DNA of 64,000 bases from an uncultured Candidatus Saccharibacteria bacterium (GCA_964585475.1 CAZPDF010000003.1:7983-71982); one strand, 5' to 3'; shown: positions 18,819 through 28,591, counted from the first letter of the stretch. A program made the numbers and translations. The notes: generated from the letters alone by a model not told the origin.

Positions 18819-19016
18819 ATGTTTGCTATCTCTTCCATTATTTTTATAATCTTCTCCCTGCTTTTTGGTTTATTTTCGGCGGCGATTCTTTATCACTTAC
18901 GGGAATACACGCTCCCGGGACACCCCGCGCCTAAAATTATAACTGGCTCTTATTTTTTTCTCTCGGCCCTTTTTTGGCTTTTTGCACTCTACTTCTTATT
19001 AAAAATGCCCTTTTAA
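18819..19016 (+). CDS. small membrane protein
   Basis: 65 aa with two hydrophobic helices. Immediately precedes the PH-domain protein. Confidence 0.3.
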   Translation: MFAISSIIFIIFSLLFGLFSAAILYHLREYTLPGHPAPKIITGSYFFLSALFWLFALYFLLKMPF

Positions 19017-19017
19017 A

Positions 19018-19548
19018 ATGCTCAAGTTAAACGAAAACGAACGCGTGGCGCTGGTTATCCGCAAGTACTGGTTCGTCATGGCCGGGCCGGTGATTACTTT
19101 CGTCCTCGCCCTAATCCTTCCGTCCGCCCTCCTCACCCTGTTGCCCTTCCTCGCCCCGGGGCTAGACCGAGAGATCATTGCGCCTGCGGTGAACTTTTTT
19201 CTGTCGCTATATATCATGGCACTTCTGGCATTTCTTTACCTGATCTGGGCGGATTATTACCTGGATATGTGGATCGTGACGAGCCAACGCATCATTGATA
19301 TTGAACAGCGCGGCCTTTTCAGCCGCGATGTTTCGGAAATCCCCATTGACCGGGTACAGGATATTACCATCGAGGTTCACGGATTTTTTGAAACCATGCT
19401 TAAGTTCGGTACGATCCGCATTCAGACCGCAGGAGAACGAGAGTTTGTGATCCACAACGTTCCCCGTCTTTATGAGACGAAAGATGCAATTTTGAAACAC
19501 CAGGCCGCTGCGAAAAATCCCCCACCCGAGATCCCGGGTAGGCTCTAA
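19018..19548 (+). CDS. bacterial PH-domain (bPH_2, YdbS/YdbT-like) membrane protein
   Basis: N-terminal ERVALVIRKYWFV followed by two transmembrane helices and a PH-like C-terminal domain. Confidence 0.5.
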   Translation: MLKLNENERVALVIRKYWFVMAGPVITFVLALILPSALLTLLPFLAPGLDREIIAPAVNFFLSLYIMALLAFLYLIWADYYLDMWIVTSQRIIDIEQRGLFSRDVSEIPIDRVQDITIEVHGFFETMLKFGTIRIQTAGEREFVIHNVPRLYETKDAILKHQAAAKNPPPEIPGRL

Positions 19549-19581
19549 TTCTTACCAACTTTTTAGTTACCGGTTTTCAAT

Positions 19582-19607
19582 TGAGGATTGTCCGCCAGGG
19601 CGGATCC
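19582..19607. promoter_or_regulatory. perfect 12-bp-arm palindrome upstream of yebC
   Basis: CCGCCAGGGCGG-AT-CCGCCCTGGCGG with a GGATCC centre. Flanked by TTTTCAATTGA / AATTGAAAATT. Confidence 0.35.
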
Positions 19608-19635
19608 GCCCTGGCGGAAAAATTGAAAATTATAA

Positions 19636-20373
19636 TTGCATATGTCCGGTCATTCCAGGTGGGCGCAGATAAAACATAAAAAAGCACTTACCGACGCTAA
19701 AAAGGGCCAGCTTTTTTCTAAGCTAGTTCGAGAAATTATGGTCGCCGTTAGGGCCGGCGGGGCGGGCCTCGATACGAACCCGCGTCTTCGCTCGGCAATG
19801 GAGCGCGCGAGAAGCATCGGCTTACCTAAAGACAACATTGACCGCGCCGTCTCGCGCGCATCTGGCGGGGAAGATGGCACGACGCTACAGGAATTTCTCT
19901 TTGAGGCCGCATCTCCGGACGGGGTCTTGCTAATTATTGAGGGGATTACCGACAACCGGAATAGGGCCCTTGCCGAGATACGACACATACTCGCCGGCTT
20001 CGGCGCGAAACTGGCAAGCCCCGGAAGCGTTTTATGGAACTTCGAGAAAGTGGGCTTAATTGAACTCGCGCCCGGGACGGGCGCTGCCAAAACCGAGGAG
20101 GAGGCTGGGCTTGCCATCATTGATGCGGGGGCGCATGACTTTAAAGTCGCGGATGATTTATGGATTGTCGAAACGGACTTCCACAATAGAGATCGCGTAC
20201 ACAAAAACCTTGAAAAACGCGGTCTAGAGACAAAAGGGGTCGGTCATGATTATAAACCGCGCGCCACCGTATCGCCTCCGGAAAACACGAAGGGCCGGAC
20301 AGAAGAACTATTAGACGCCCTAGCCGAACATGAAGATGTGCAGGAAGTGTATACTAACCTCCAAGAGGAATAG
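19636..20373 (+). CDS. yebC: YebC/PmpR family DNA-binding transcriptional regulator
   Basis: MSGHSRWAQIKHKKA...QLFSKL is the canonical YebC N-terminus. Confidence 0.9.
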   Translation: MHMSGHSRWAQIKHKKALTDAKKGQLFSKLVREIMVAVRAGGAGLDTNPRLRSAMERARSIGLPKDNIDRAVSRASGGEDGTTLQEFLFEAASPDGVLLIIEGITDNRNRALAEIRHILAGFGAKLASPGSVLWNFEKVGLIELAPGTGAAKTEEEAGLAIIDAGAHDFKVADDLWIVETDFHNRDRVHKNLEKRGLETKGVGHDYKPRATVSPPENTKGRTEELLDALAEHEDVQEVYTNLQEE

Positions 20374-20428
20374 TCTCCAGTTCCCAATTATCAATTATTA
20401 GTAAATTTTCGATGAACCAGTTTTCAAT

Positions 20429-20462
20429 CAATTGAAAATTGAAAATTGAAAATTGAAAATTG
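20429..20462. repeat. tandem octamer AATTGAAA x4 upstream of ruvC
   Basis: caATTGAAAATTGAAAATTGAAAATTGAAAATTGtg. Confidence 0.6.
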
Positions 20463-20941
20463 TGATTATATTAGGTATTGATCCCGGAACTACGTCCATC
20501 GGCTACGCAGCCATCGACGGGGAAATCGGAGAACCGCGGCTTCTTACTGCAGACCTAATCCGTATTCCCGGCGGTTCCACGCCCCAAAAGCTGTTAGATC
20601 TCCACGAGCGACTGGCCGGGATTCTGAAGGAAATGGGGCCCGACCTCGTGGCCGTTGAGCGGCTATTTTTTGCAAAGAACCAAAAAACGGCCATGGCCGT
20701 TGCCGAAGCGCGCGGAGTAATCCTGTTGACAAGTTCCCTTGCACGAATTAGGGTACTTGAGTATACTCCGCTTGAAGTTAAAAAACTGGTTGCCGGATAC
20801 GGAAACGTGGACAAAGCCCAGCTTAAAAAGGCCGTTATCCTCACCCTGCCGCAAGCAAGAAATATTAGCGGGCCGGATGACGTGTTTGATGCGATCGCCA
20901 TCGCGCTTGCCTGCTTCTACATGGAACGCCGGAAATTTTAA
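20453..20941 (+). CDS. ruvC: crossover junction endodeoxyribonuclease RuvC
   Basis: ILGIDPGTTSIGYA catalytic-Asp N-terminus and RNase H-like fold motifs. Confidence 0.9.
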   Translation: MKIVIILGIDPGTTSIGYAAIDGEIGEPRLLTADLIRIPGGSTPQKLLDLHERLAGILKEMGPDLVAVERLFFAKNQKTAMAVAEARGVILLTSSLARIRVLEYTPLEVKKLVAGYGNVDKAQLKKAVILTLPQARNISGPDDVFDAIAIALACFYMERRKF

Positions 20942-21352
20942 TAAGCCCCCGGCTTTCCACGGGCCTGTCCGCGAGTTAGCGTAGTGCGCATATTTAAGTG
21001 ATGACACCGAGCCCCTTCTTAACTCTGCGCACGGGCGTATGGCCGGCGGGGTATTCGTGAGTATAAAAGATAAATAGTCGGCCCCCTTCTTTGCAGCGCT
21101 CTCCCGCCAACCCCGGTACGAGAAATCCTTCGGATTTCCGTACGGGGCGAGAAATAATGTTACTGATGTAATACTTTACATCTCGTCCCGTATCCTCCGC
21201 GTGTAACGAGGAGTGGTACGGGATAAAACGGGAGAGCTTACGGGCGAAGCGGCGCCGGAGAAAGGTCGAACCGTCCTTCGACAAGCTCAAGATAATATAT
21301 TTGATAGTGAGCGAAGTCGAACCATATAAACCACTATACCTACAGGAGAGTT

Positions 21353-21502
21353 ATGGCCCACATGTACTACGATCAATTTTCTCTTAACCAGGAACCAAAA
21401 GAACTCGGCGACGTGGAGGATGTAGATGCGGATGACGCCGCAGGAGGTGCCGTCCTTGACGAGGAGGAGGAGGACTTGGAGGATGAGGACGAAGATGCCT
21501 AA
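21353..21502 (+). CDS. candidate 49-aa highly acidic small protein
   Basis: ATG preceded by AGGAGAG. Sequence MAHMYYDQFSLNQEPKELGDVEDVDADDAAGGAVLDEEEEDLEDEDEDA. Below the cutoff of the supplied ORF track. Confidence 0.3.
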   Translation: MAHMYYDQFSLNQEPKELGDVEDVDADDAAGGAVLDEEEEDLEDEDEDA

Positions 21503-21513
21503 GCATGCCCGGT

Positions 21514-21697
21514 ATTAGTCTTCGACAGTAATATTATGCGGCCCCGAATTTTAAAATAGACCACATTGATTTTGTGAGGGCTTCAGAGCCGGCTCCGTCT
21601 ATCTGCGAGAAACACCCTGCCGAGAGGGTCGCCAAAGGCGAACCGGTCGAGGTTGTATTTACGGGGCAAAGCCGCAGCCGAAGAGTTACTCCCGGGC
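21514..21697. repeat. MITE-like terminal-inverted-repeat element, copy 2
   Basis: GCCCGGTATTAGTCTTCGACAG ... CGCAGCCGAAGAGTTACTCCCGGGC. Termini match copy 1; the core is longer. Confidence 0.5.
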
Positions 21698-21732
21698 GTG
21701 GATTTCGGCACTTGGCTCCACTTAAGAAATTT

Positions 21733-21775
21733 AAAAACCGTCCCGACTAGAGTCGGGGCGGTTTTTGCTTTTTGC
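21733..21775. terminator. bidirectional intrinsic terminator downstream of tyrS
   Basis: AAAAACCGTCCCGACTAGAGTCGGGGCGGTTTTTGCTTTTTG: a GC-rich hairpin flanked by A and T runs. Confidence 0.65.
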
Positions 21776-21818
21776 TGGTACCGCGTGGGCGGGATTAAGT
21801 TATAACGGCGCCGGGGGC

Positions 21819-23012
21819 CTACACGATCCGCACAAACTTCTTTTTCCCCACCCGTACGACAGCCCCACTTTTTACGTCCCTCTTCTCGCCGGCTCGCAAA
21901 ACTTTTCCTTCCACTTCTACCGCGCCTTGACGGATGAGGCGACGCGCTTCGGATTTCGACGGCGCAAGGCCTGAGGCCATCAGCAGTTCCATCGGACCCC
22001 ACTCGCCATGCCTAAGCCGAACTTCCGGAATTCCCCCCGCTGGAATCTCTTTTTTTGAAAACAGCGTGAGAAACTTCGTGCGCTCCCGTAGGGCTACGCG
22101 CTGGCCGTGGTACCTTCGAACGAGGGCCGAAGCCAAGAATAATTTTGCCTCCATAAGGTTCTTCCCCCGCCCCAATTCCCGCTCCATATTTTCTATATCG
22201 GCGAGCGGCACATCGGTGTACGCCTTAAGATACGGAATAATCAACGAGTCGGCCAGCCGCATCGTCTTTCCAAATTTGTCCTGTGGGGAGTCTGCAAGGC
22301 CAATGTAATTTCCGAGCGACTTCGACATCTTCTCGCCCCCATCAAGCCCGGGCGTGATGGTGGTCGTAATTAAAACCTGCGGGGGTTGCCCAAATTTTTC
22401 CTGAAGGAGTCGTCCGGCCCCCTCATTAAACAATTGGTCGCTACCTATAATCGTGAGGTCGGATCCCAACATAACCGAATCGTATCCTTGGAGAATCGGG
22501 TACACGAGCTCCGTTAAAACTATCTCTTTGCCTGCCGCCATTCGCTTCTTAAACATGTCGCGTTCGATCATGCGCGAGTGGGTAAAAAAAGACATCAGCC
22601 GAAGAAGGTCGGCGGCCTTCATGCGCGAATACCATTCGGAGTTTTTACGTACCTCGAATACCTTTTTTCCCGTACGTAGAATCTCGCCCGCCTCGGCGAT
22701 GAAGTTCTTGGCCCAAGAATCCACATCCTCCGGGGAAGCCTTGCGGCGCGCCTCCAGTCTGCCCGTGGGGTCTCCGATCGTGGTGGTAAAGTCTCCAATA
22801 AGAAAAACGACTTTGTGCCCGTAGTCCTGAAGCTCGCGCATCTTCCAGAGATTAACCGCGTGCCCAATGTGCAGGCTGGTGGCGGTCACGTCCGCCCCGA
22901 ATTTAATTCGCAGCTTGCGGCCGCTCGCAAGAAGCTTCCCCAGACTTTCCGCCGTAATAATATTCTCAACTGAGCGGCTAAAAACTTCCGCACCAAGAGT
23001 AAGTTTTTCCAT
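21819..23012 (-). CDS. tyrS: tyrosyl-tRNA synthetase
   Basis: HIGH-type motif (TSLHIGHAV), KMSKS motif and a C-terminal S4 domain. Confidence 0.95.
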   Translation of the reverse strand: MEKLTLGAEVFSRSVENIITAESLGKLLASGRKLRIKFGADVTATSLHIGHAVNLWKMRELQDYGHKVVFLIGDFTTTIGDPTGRLEARRKASPEDVDSWAKNFIAEAGEILRTGKKVFEVRKNSEWYSRMKAADLLRLMSFFTHSRMIERDMFKKRMAAGKEIVLTELVYPILQGYDSVMLGSDLTIIGSDQLFNEGAGRLLQEKFGQPPQVLITTTITPGLDGGEKMSKSLGNYIGLADSPQDKFGKTMRLADSLIIPYLKAYTDVPLADIENMERELGRGKNLMEAKLFLASALVRRYHGQRVALRERTKFLTLFSKKEIPAGGIPEVRLRHGEWGPMELLMASGLAPSKSEARRLIRQGAVEVEGKVLRAGEKRDVKSGAVVRVGKKKFVRIV

Positions 23013-23070
23013 ACTGCCATCCTAGCAGACCTCTCTAGAAATTTCCATAAATTTTTAGTACACTGGTTCC

Positions 23071-25620
23071 GTGATGTCTACTGCTTATCTGAGGAAAAAG
23101 AGAAACCGGCGGGCGGTTGTTTTTTTGATTTTAGTTTTTGTTTCGGCCGGATGCGTGTCCGCAGCTGCATATGCTTATTCGCTTTTCAAGGACTTGCCGG
23201 ATCCGGCGCGCATCAATGAACGCATGATAGTGGAGTCGACCAAAATTTATGACCGGTCCGGCAAGATTTTGCTCTACGAAGTCCACGGCGAGGAGAAAAG
23301 AACCGTGGTGGCGCTACAAGAAATACCCACGACTGTCCGGGCGGCCACGCTGGCCGCAGAGGACATCGGTTTTTATCGGCACCACGGACTCGACTGGCGG
23401 GGAATTCTTCGTGCTGTTGTAAAAAATTTCGTCCGCAGGGACATCAGCCAGGGCGGATCTACCATCACGCAGCAGCTGATAAAAAACTCAATTTTGACGG
23501 GCGAGCAGACTTTCAGAAGAAAATTCCGCGAAGCGTTCTTGGCCATACTTCTCGAGAAAAAATATTCTAAGAACGAGATCCTTGAACTCTATCTTAACCA
23601 GATACCTTACGGCTCAAACGCGTACGGGGTTGCATCCGCCGCCGAAACTTATTTTGCAAAACCGGTCCGAGAGCTTACGCTTGCTGAAGCGGCCACGCTT
23701 GCCTCGCTCCCCAAGGCCCCCACCTACTATTCTCCTTACGGGTCGCACCGCGAAGAGTTAATAAGGCGGCGCGATTGGGTCCTAGACAGAATGCTGGAAG
23801 AAAATTTGGTTTCGGGCGAAGCGGTGGCGGAGGCCAAAGGGTCCGCTCTCCGATTCAGTCCTCCTAAGCAGTCCCTCCGCGCGCCCCACTTTGTACTCTA
23901 TATTCGCGAGTACCTAAACCAAAAATACGGCGAGGAGTTTGTGGAGCAGGGCGGCCTCCGCGTAATTACTACGCTGGACTGGAGGCTCCAGGAGATTGCG
24001 GAAAAAATCGTGCGGGAGGGGGCCGGAGAGAACGAAAAATTAGTGCAGGCGGCAAACGCCGCCCTCGTTGCCGTTGACCCCCGCTCCGGTGAGATCCTTT
24101 CTATGGTCGGCTCCCAAAACTACTGGGGCAAACCTCTTCCCGAGGGCTGCTCTCCCGGGATTAACTGTCGCTTTGATCCGCATGTAAACATTGTTCTGCG
24201 ATCACGCCAGCCGGGATCGGCATTCAAGCCGTTTGTGTATGCAACCGCGTTCAAGAAGGGATACACGCCCGAAACCGTGCTTTTTGACGTGCCCACCGAA
24301 TTTAATCCAAATTGCAACGTCGATGGAACTCCGGGCCCTTTAATCAAAGAGGAAAAAGAGTGCTACCACCCTCAAAACTATGACGGGCGCTTCCGGGGCC
24401 CGGTCTCCCTACGACAAGCCCTCGCCCAGAGCCTTAATGTCCCTTCGGCAAAATTACTTTATCTTGCCGGGGTTGAGGATTCGATTAGAACGGCCTCCGA
24501 CATGGGAATTACCACACTGACGGACCCCGCCCGCTACGGCTTGTCTCTGGTTCTCGGAGGAGCGGAGGTAACGCTGCTTGAGATGGTGTCCTCTTTCGGC
24601 GCACTCGCCCAGGACGGCGTACTTCATCCCAAGATCGGAATCTTGAGAATCGAGGACGCACGCGGCAGAATTTTGGAAGAAAAAAAAGAAACGTCTCTAC
24701 CGGTACTTGATACTGAAATTGCCCGCATTTTGAACGACATCATGTCCGATAATGATTCTCGCGTCCCGATCTTCAGCCCCCGAAGCTCCCTCTATTTCCC
24801 GGGCCGCCAGGTTGCGGCCAAGACCGGAACCACACAAGACTTCCGTGACGCATGGGTAGTCGGATATACGCCCTCGATCGCCGCAGGCGTCTGGGTGGGG
24901 AATAACAACAACACGCCCATGAACCAGTCCGGCCTTTCCGTTATGGTCGCTGGCCCCATCTGGCATAAGTTTCTCGAGATAGCCATCGCCTCAACCACCC
25001 CGGAAGAATTTCCGAAACCGGAACAGGCCCGCCCCGAGAAACCGATTCTCCGAGGCCTATACCGCGCCGGCCCGGTAATAAAAATTGACCAGATATCAAA
25101 AAAACTTGCTACCGAATTCACGCCTCCGGAACTCATCGGAGAGATAAGTACCGGAGAGATAAAAACCATTCTTGCGTATATAGATAAGGGCACTCCTCAC
25201 GGGGGGGTCCCGTCCGATCCTTCCTCCGATCCGCAGTATAAAAACTGGCAGGGCTCGATTGAAAATTGGCTTCGTGAAAATGCGCTTCCCGCGGGTGAGA
25301 TACCGCTCGAATATGACGACCTCCACGTTCCGGAAAAAAGACCGCACCTCGCTTTAAAAAAACCGGAGGGTGCTGTGGTGCGGGCCGAGGAGCTGCCCGA
25401 GGTTGTTGTAGAAATCGTCTCTACTTTTCCCCTCCGGGAAGTGGCTCTTTTCCTCAATGACGAAATCGCGGCCTCCCGCACCGCCCCTATTCTCACGAGC
25501 GGCGTTTCATTTCCTTTAGAAATATTACTGACACCGGGCCCATACAAAATAAAAATAACCGCTTATGATGTGGTGGGGAATAAAGAAATACTTGAGCGGG
25601 AGATTACGGTGAGCGAGTGA
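23071..25620 (+). CDS. class A penicillin-binding protein (bifunctional glycosyltransferase/transpeptidase)
   Basis: N-terminal membrane anchor, GT51 motifs (EDIGFYRHHG, RKFREAF) and transpeptidase SxxK (SAFKPF), plus a KTG triad. Confidence 0.9.
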   Translation: MMSTAYLRKKRNRRAVVFLILVFVSAGCVSAAAYAYSLFKDLPDPARINERMIVESTKIYDRSGKILLYEVHGEEKRTVVALQEIPTTVRAATLAAEDIGFYRHHGLDWRGILRAVVKNFVRRDISQGGSTITQQLIKNSILTGEQTFRRKFREAFLAILLEKKYSKNEILELYLNQIPYGSNAYGVASAAETYFAKPVRELTLAEAATLASLPKAPTYYSPYGSHREELIRRRDWVLDRMLEENLVSGEAVAEAKGSALRFSPPKQSLRAPHFVLYIREYLNQKYGEEFVEQGGLRVITTLDWRLQEIAEKIVREGAGENEKLVQAANAALVAVDPRSGEILSMVGSQNYWGKPLPEGCSPGINCRFDPHVNIVLRSRQPGSAFKPFVYATAFKKGYTPETVLFDVPTEFNPNCNVDGTPGPLIKEEKECYHPQNYDGRFRGPVSLRQALAQSLNVPSAKLLYLAGVEDSIRTASDMGITTLTDPARYGLSLVLGGAEVTLLEMVSSFGALAQDGVLHPKIGILRIEDARGRILEEKKETSLPVLDTEIARILNDIMSDNDSRVPIFSPRSSLYFPGRQVAAKTGTTQDFRDAWVVGYTPSIAAGVWVGNNNNTPMNQSGLSVMVAGPIWHKFLEIAIASTTPEEFPKPEQARPEKPILRGLYRAGPVIKIDQISKKLATEFTPPELIGEISTGEIKTILAYIDKGTPHGGVPSDPSSDPQYKNWQGSIENWLRENALPAGEIPLEYDDLHVPEKRPHLALKKPEGAVVRAEELPEVVVEIVSTFPLREVALFLNDEIAASRTAPILTSGVSFPLEILLTPGPYKIKITAYDVVGNKEILEREITVSE

Positions 25621-25698
25621 GGGGCTGTCTGGGAAGTCCGTTTCGTCGCGAAATTGCAGAATAATGGCTTTCCGGACAACTTCTAAGGCCGCCGCCTC

Positions 25699-26802
25699 TT
25701 AGGACGCGCGTATGGGCATCACAACGTAAAGATACGATCCGCCGGATTTATTGCGCAGCATTGAGGGCGCGTTTTGAGAGTTAAGACCGAAGAATAGTTC
25801 CTCCTCGTCCAAAGCATTTAATCCGTCCAGTAAGAATCTGTGGTTAAAGCTCACGCTAATCCCTTTTCCGGTAACGGCGGCCGGGAGCTTGGTTTTGTAT
25901 TCTCCGATCTCTGTATTATTTGAGGCGATCTCGAGTACCCCTTTTTTTTCTTGAATAGTGAGCGCCACCTCTTGCATTTTGGAGGTAAAAATGCTTGAGG
26001 CGCGAATGGTATCAATCAGACCTTCCCGTTTTAGAAAACACGTGGTTTCGAAATTTTTGGGAACAATGGATGAGTACTCGGGAAAAACCCCATCAATAAG
26101 GCGGGAGATCACCCGCAGGCCCCCGGTTTGAAATTCCACTTGATTCTCCCCGAGTGAAATTTTTACGTCGTCGTCTCCGCCCAAAATTCTTGCAAGCTCG
26201 GTGCTCACGCGTTGCGGCAAGATAAACGAAAAATTGCCCCCTTCGTTATTTTTTAGAATCGGCGCTTGGTGCTCGGCTAGCCTGAAGGTGTCGGTTGCTG
26301 CCAGCTGCAGACTTTTCTCTGTAATTTTAAAATAGACGCCCGCTAGCTCCGGCTTGAACTCGGATAAAGATACAGCCGGAATTACCCTTTCCAAGCCCCT
26401 TTTTAATTGAAAACTCTCCATGGCACATGTGTTCTTTTTTTTTATTTTGGGGAGAAGCGGGAAATCTTCCGCGGAAATGCCGTTAATTCTTATATCTCGC
26501 GCCGGGGTTTTAACAAATAAGTTCCCTTGTTTTTCTTCGAGTTCGATTTTTTCCTCTCGTAATGACTGGAGGAGTGAACTTATGATCTTGGCCGGAACGC
26601 TAATCTGCCCTGGGCGAACCCCCTCTCCTGGAAGAATAACTTCCACTGCATACTCAAGGTTAGTTGCAATTATCTTCAACGAATTTTTTTCTACCTCCAG
26701 CAGCACATTTCCCAATATGGGAAGGGTGGCATTTTTCCCGGAAAATCTTTCGGCAATCATCACGGCCGGGGCCAAATTTTCCTTCATGCATGAAAATTTC
26801 AT
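25699..26802 (-). CDS. dnaN: DNA polymerase III beta sliding clamp
   Basis: Three-domain clamp pattern (MKFSCMKENL...ATDTFRLAEH...). Adjacent to dnaA. Confidence 0.9.
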   Translation of the reverse strand: MKFSCMKENLAPAVMIAERFSGKNATLPILGNVLLEVEKNSLKIIATNLEYAVEVILPGEGVRPGQISVPAKIISSLLQSLREEKIELEEKQGNLFVKTPARDIRINGISAEDFPLLPKIKKKNTCAMESFQLKRGLERVIPAVSLSEFKPELAGVYFKITEKSLQLAATDTFRLAEHQAPILKNNEGGNFSFILPQRVSTELARILGGDDDVKISLGENQVEFQTGGLRVISRLIDGVFPEYSSIVPKNFETTCFLKREGLIDTIRASSIFTSKMQEVALTIQEKKGVLEIASNNTEIGEYKTKLPAAVTGKGISVSFNHRFLLDGLNALDEEELFFGLNSQNAPSMLRNKSGGSYLYVVMPIRAS

Positions 26803-27022
26803 AATTTTACATGGGACCCCATTTTAACAACAATAATAATAAATTACGTTATATTTAAATTTATTGTTATTATTAGAGAAAGACAACCTGTGGATTCGAT
26901 GGATTTGTTAAGTAAGTAACACATTCTTGGCGCAAAAGCTGGCAGGTATATGTTGGGTAAACCCTGTGCGAAAAATAGAAAAGAGTAGGCGGCTCGCGAT
27001 ATCCCCTGGCCGCACCCACACT
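26803..27022. promoter_or_regulatory. candidate oriC (AT-rich unwinding element plus DnaA-box-like nonamers) between dnaN and dnaA
   Basis: AT-rich palindrome AACAATAATAATAAATT...AATTTATTGTTATTATT. TTATCCATA (8 of 9 identity to TTATCCACA) and TGTGGATTC nonamers. Confidence 0.45.
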
Positions 27023-28423
27023 TTATCCATAGTAAACCTTATCTCTAACCAAGCGGATTTCCTCCTCCAGTTCAGTGTTTATTTTCAGCAAATTAGCAAT
27101 TTTTTCACAGGAGTGGATGGCCGTTGTATGGTCACGGCCGCCGAATCTTTCGCCGATGGAAGGGTAAGAGCTCTTGAGTTCGTCGCGCATCAAGTACATC
27201 GCGATTTGCCGCGGCTTCACAATATCACGCCTCCTAGAATGACTGATGAGCTCCCGTTCTTCAATATCGTAAAATTCGGACACCGCCTTCAAAATTTTCT
27301 TAGCGGACGCAAACTTTTTGGCAACGGTTTGGTGATTCGAGAGAATTTTTTTTACGGCCTCCACGTCCACGGGGGCGGAGGAGAGTTTAGCCGCCATGAC
27401 CACGCGGTTTAAGGCCCCCTCTAGCTCCCGGATGTTGGTTTTAATCACCTCGGCAACATGTTCAAGCACCGCATCCGGAAGAGAAACGGACTTGGCGGAG
27501 GCCTTGGTCTTCAGTATGAGAAGTCGGGTTTCAAAGTCAGGAAGGCCGATGTCCGCAATCATGCCTCCCTCAAACCGCGAGCGGAGGCGTTCTTCGAGGG
27601 TGGGGATCGCGCTCGGCGGCCGATCGGACGAAATAACAATCTGCTTATTTTTTTCAAATAACGAATTGAAAGTATGGAAGAATTCTTCCTGCATCTTCTC
27701 GGTCCGGGCAATAAACTGGATATCGTCGATAATAAGGAGATCAACCCCGCGGTACTTTTCTTTGAGCCGGCCCATTTCCTGGTTTTTTAACGCATCCACG
27801 ATCTCGCCCATATACTTCTCTGAAGGAACATAGCGCACGCGTATCCCCGGAGTTTTCTTTAGAAGCTCGTTACCTATGGCTTGGATCAGGTGCGTTTTAC
27901 CAAGGCCGACCCCGCCGTATATGAAAAGAGGGTTATAACTTGTGCCTGTATTTTTTATGACCGATTGGGAGGCGGCGTGTGCCAGTTCGTTAAAGGAGCC
28001 GACTATGAAATTGTCAAAAGAATACCGGGGATTAAGGTTGGTCTCCGGGTCGACCAAAAGCTCCCTCATGGAGAGCTCGTCTCCCTCGGATGGCGGCAGG
28101 GGCCCCACGCGTTTCCGTTTGGCCAGACGGTCTTTTAACGCCACGGCCACGCCTGCGCCTTCAGGTTTGCCGATAACGTAGCTCACGTCCTTGATCTCGG
28201 AGGAGATTTCCCGCAGGGCGTGAAGAATTGTCTTGTGGTATTTATTCTGCAGCCATTCCCGGGCGAATCCATTCGGAACAAAAACGGTGGCGATCCCGCC
28301 GTCCACCTCCGTAATTCCTGTCTCCTGAAACCAGGTAAGAAAACTAGGACGCGAAATATTAAGTTCGATTTTTGCCAGAACGGCTTGCCAAAGTTCGGTC
28401 TTTTCCATAAGGATCAAAAACAC
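27023..28423 (-). CDS. dnaA: chromosomal replication initiator DnaA
   Basis: AAA+ Walker A GGVGLGKTHL. C-terminal DNA-binding domain. Confidence 0.95.
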   Translation of the reverse strand: MFLILMEKTELWQAVLAKIELNISRPSFLTWFQETGITEVDGGIATVFVPNGFAREWLQNKYHKTILHALREISSEIKDVSYVIGKPEGAGVAVALKDRLAKRKRVGPLPPSEGDELSMRELLVDPETNLNPRYSFDNFIVGSFNELAHAASQSVIKNTGTSYNPLFIYGGVGLGKTHLIQAIGNELLKKTPGIRVRYVPSEKYMGEIVDALKNQEMGRLKEKYRGVDLLIIDDIQFIARTEKMQEEFFHTFNSLFEKNKQIVISSDRPPSAIPTLEERLRSRFEGGMIADIGLPDFETRLLILKTKASAKSVSLPDAVLEHVAEVIKTNIRELEGALNRVVMAAKLSSAPVDVEAVKKILSNHQTVAKKFASAKKILKAVSEFYDIEERELISHSRRRDIVKPRQIAMYLMRDELKSSYPSIGERFGGRDHTTAIHSCEKIANLLKINTELEEEIRLVRDKVYYG

Positions 28424-28591
28424 GGTTGTTTAACGCACAAGGTCTATTATACAATATATTTGCAACCCGGCCCCTATGCAGATTTGTGGAAAGGGTGTTG
28501 ATGGCCTGTGAATAAAAAAAACGTTGACTGCCGGGCGAAACGTTGCATAAAAATTTGACTATAAAAACCCTTTATTGTATGTTTTGTTAAT

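Noticed and set aside
19582-19607. Intrinsic terminator call for the CCGCCAGGGCGGATCCGCCCTGGCGG palindrome
   Set aside because: No U-tract follows on either strand, so it is more likely an operator-like palindrome. It is kept only as a low-confidence regulatory feature.
20994-21290. 98-aa minus-strand ORF (MSLSKDGSTFLRRRF...)
   Set aside because: Arg-rich and low-complexity. It overlaps a hairpin-dense non-coding region. More likely a spurious frame over structured RNA or DNA.
21050-21350. Possibility that this structured region is RNase P RNA, tmRNA or SRP RNA
   Set aside because: I could not find the P4 AGGAAAGUCCGGGCUCC block, a tmRNA tag frame with a T-arm plus acceptor pairing, or the SRP domain IV motif. 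Left as an unclassified structured region.
21583-22002. 139-aa minus-strand ORF overlapping the tyrS 3' end and the MITE-like copy 2
   Set aside because: It reads through the repeat element and terminator and overlaps tyrS out of frame. No coding signal.
23013-23070. T-box leader upstream of tyrS
   Set aside because: Only 58 nt separate tyrS from the divergent PBP gene. There is no room for a T-box and no specifier or antiterminator pattern.
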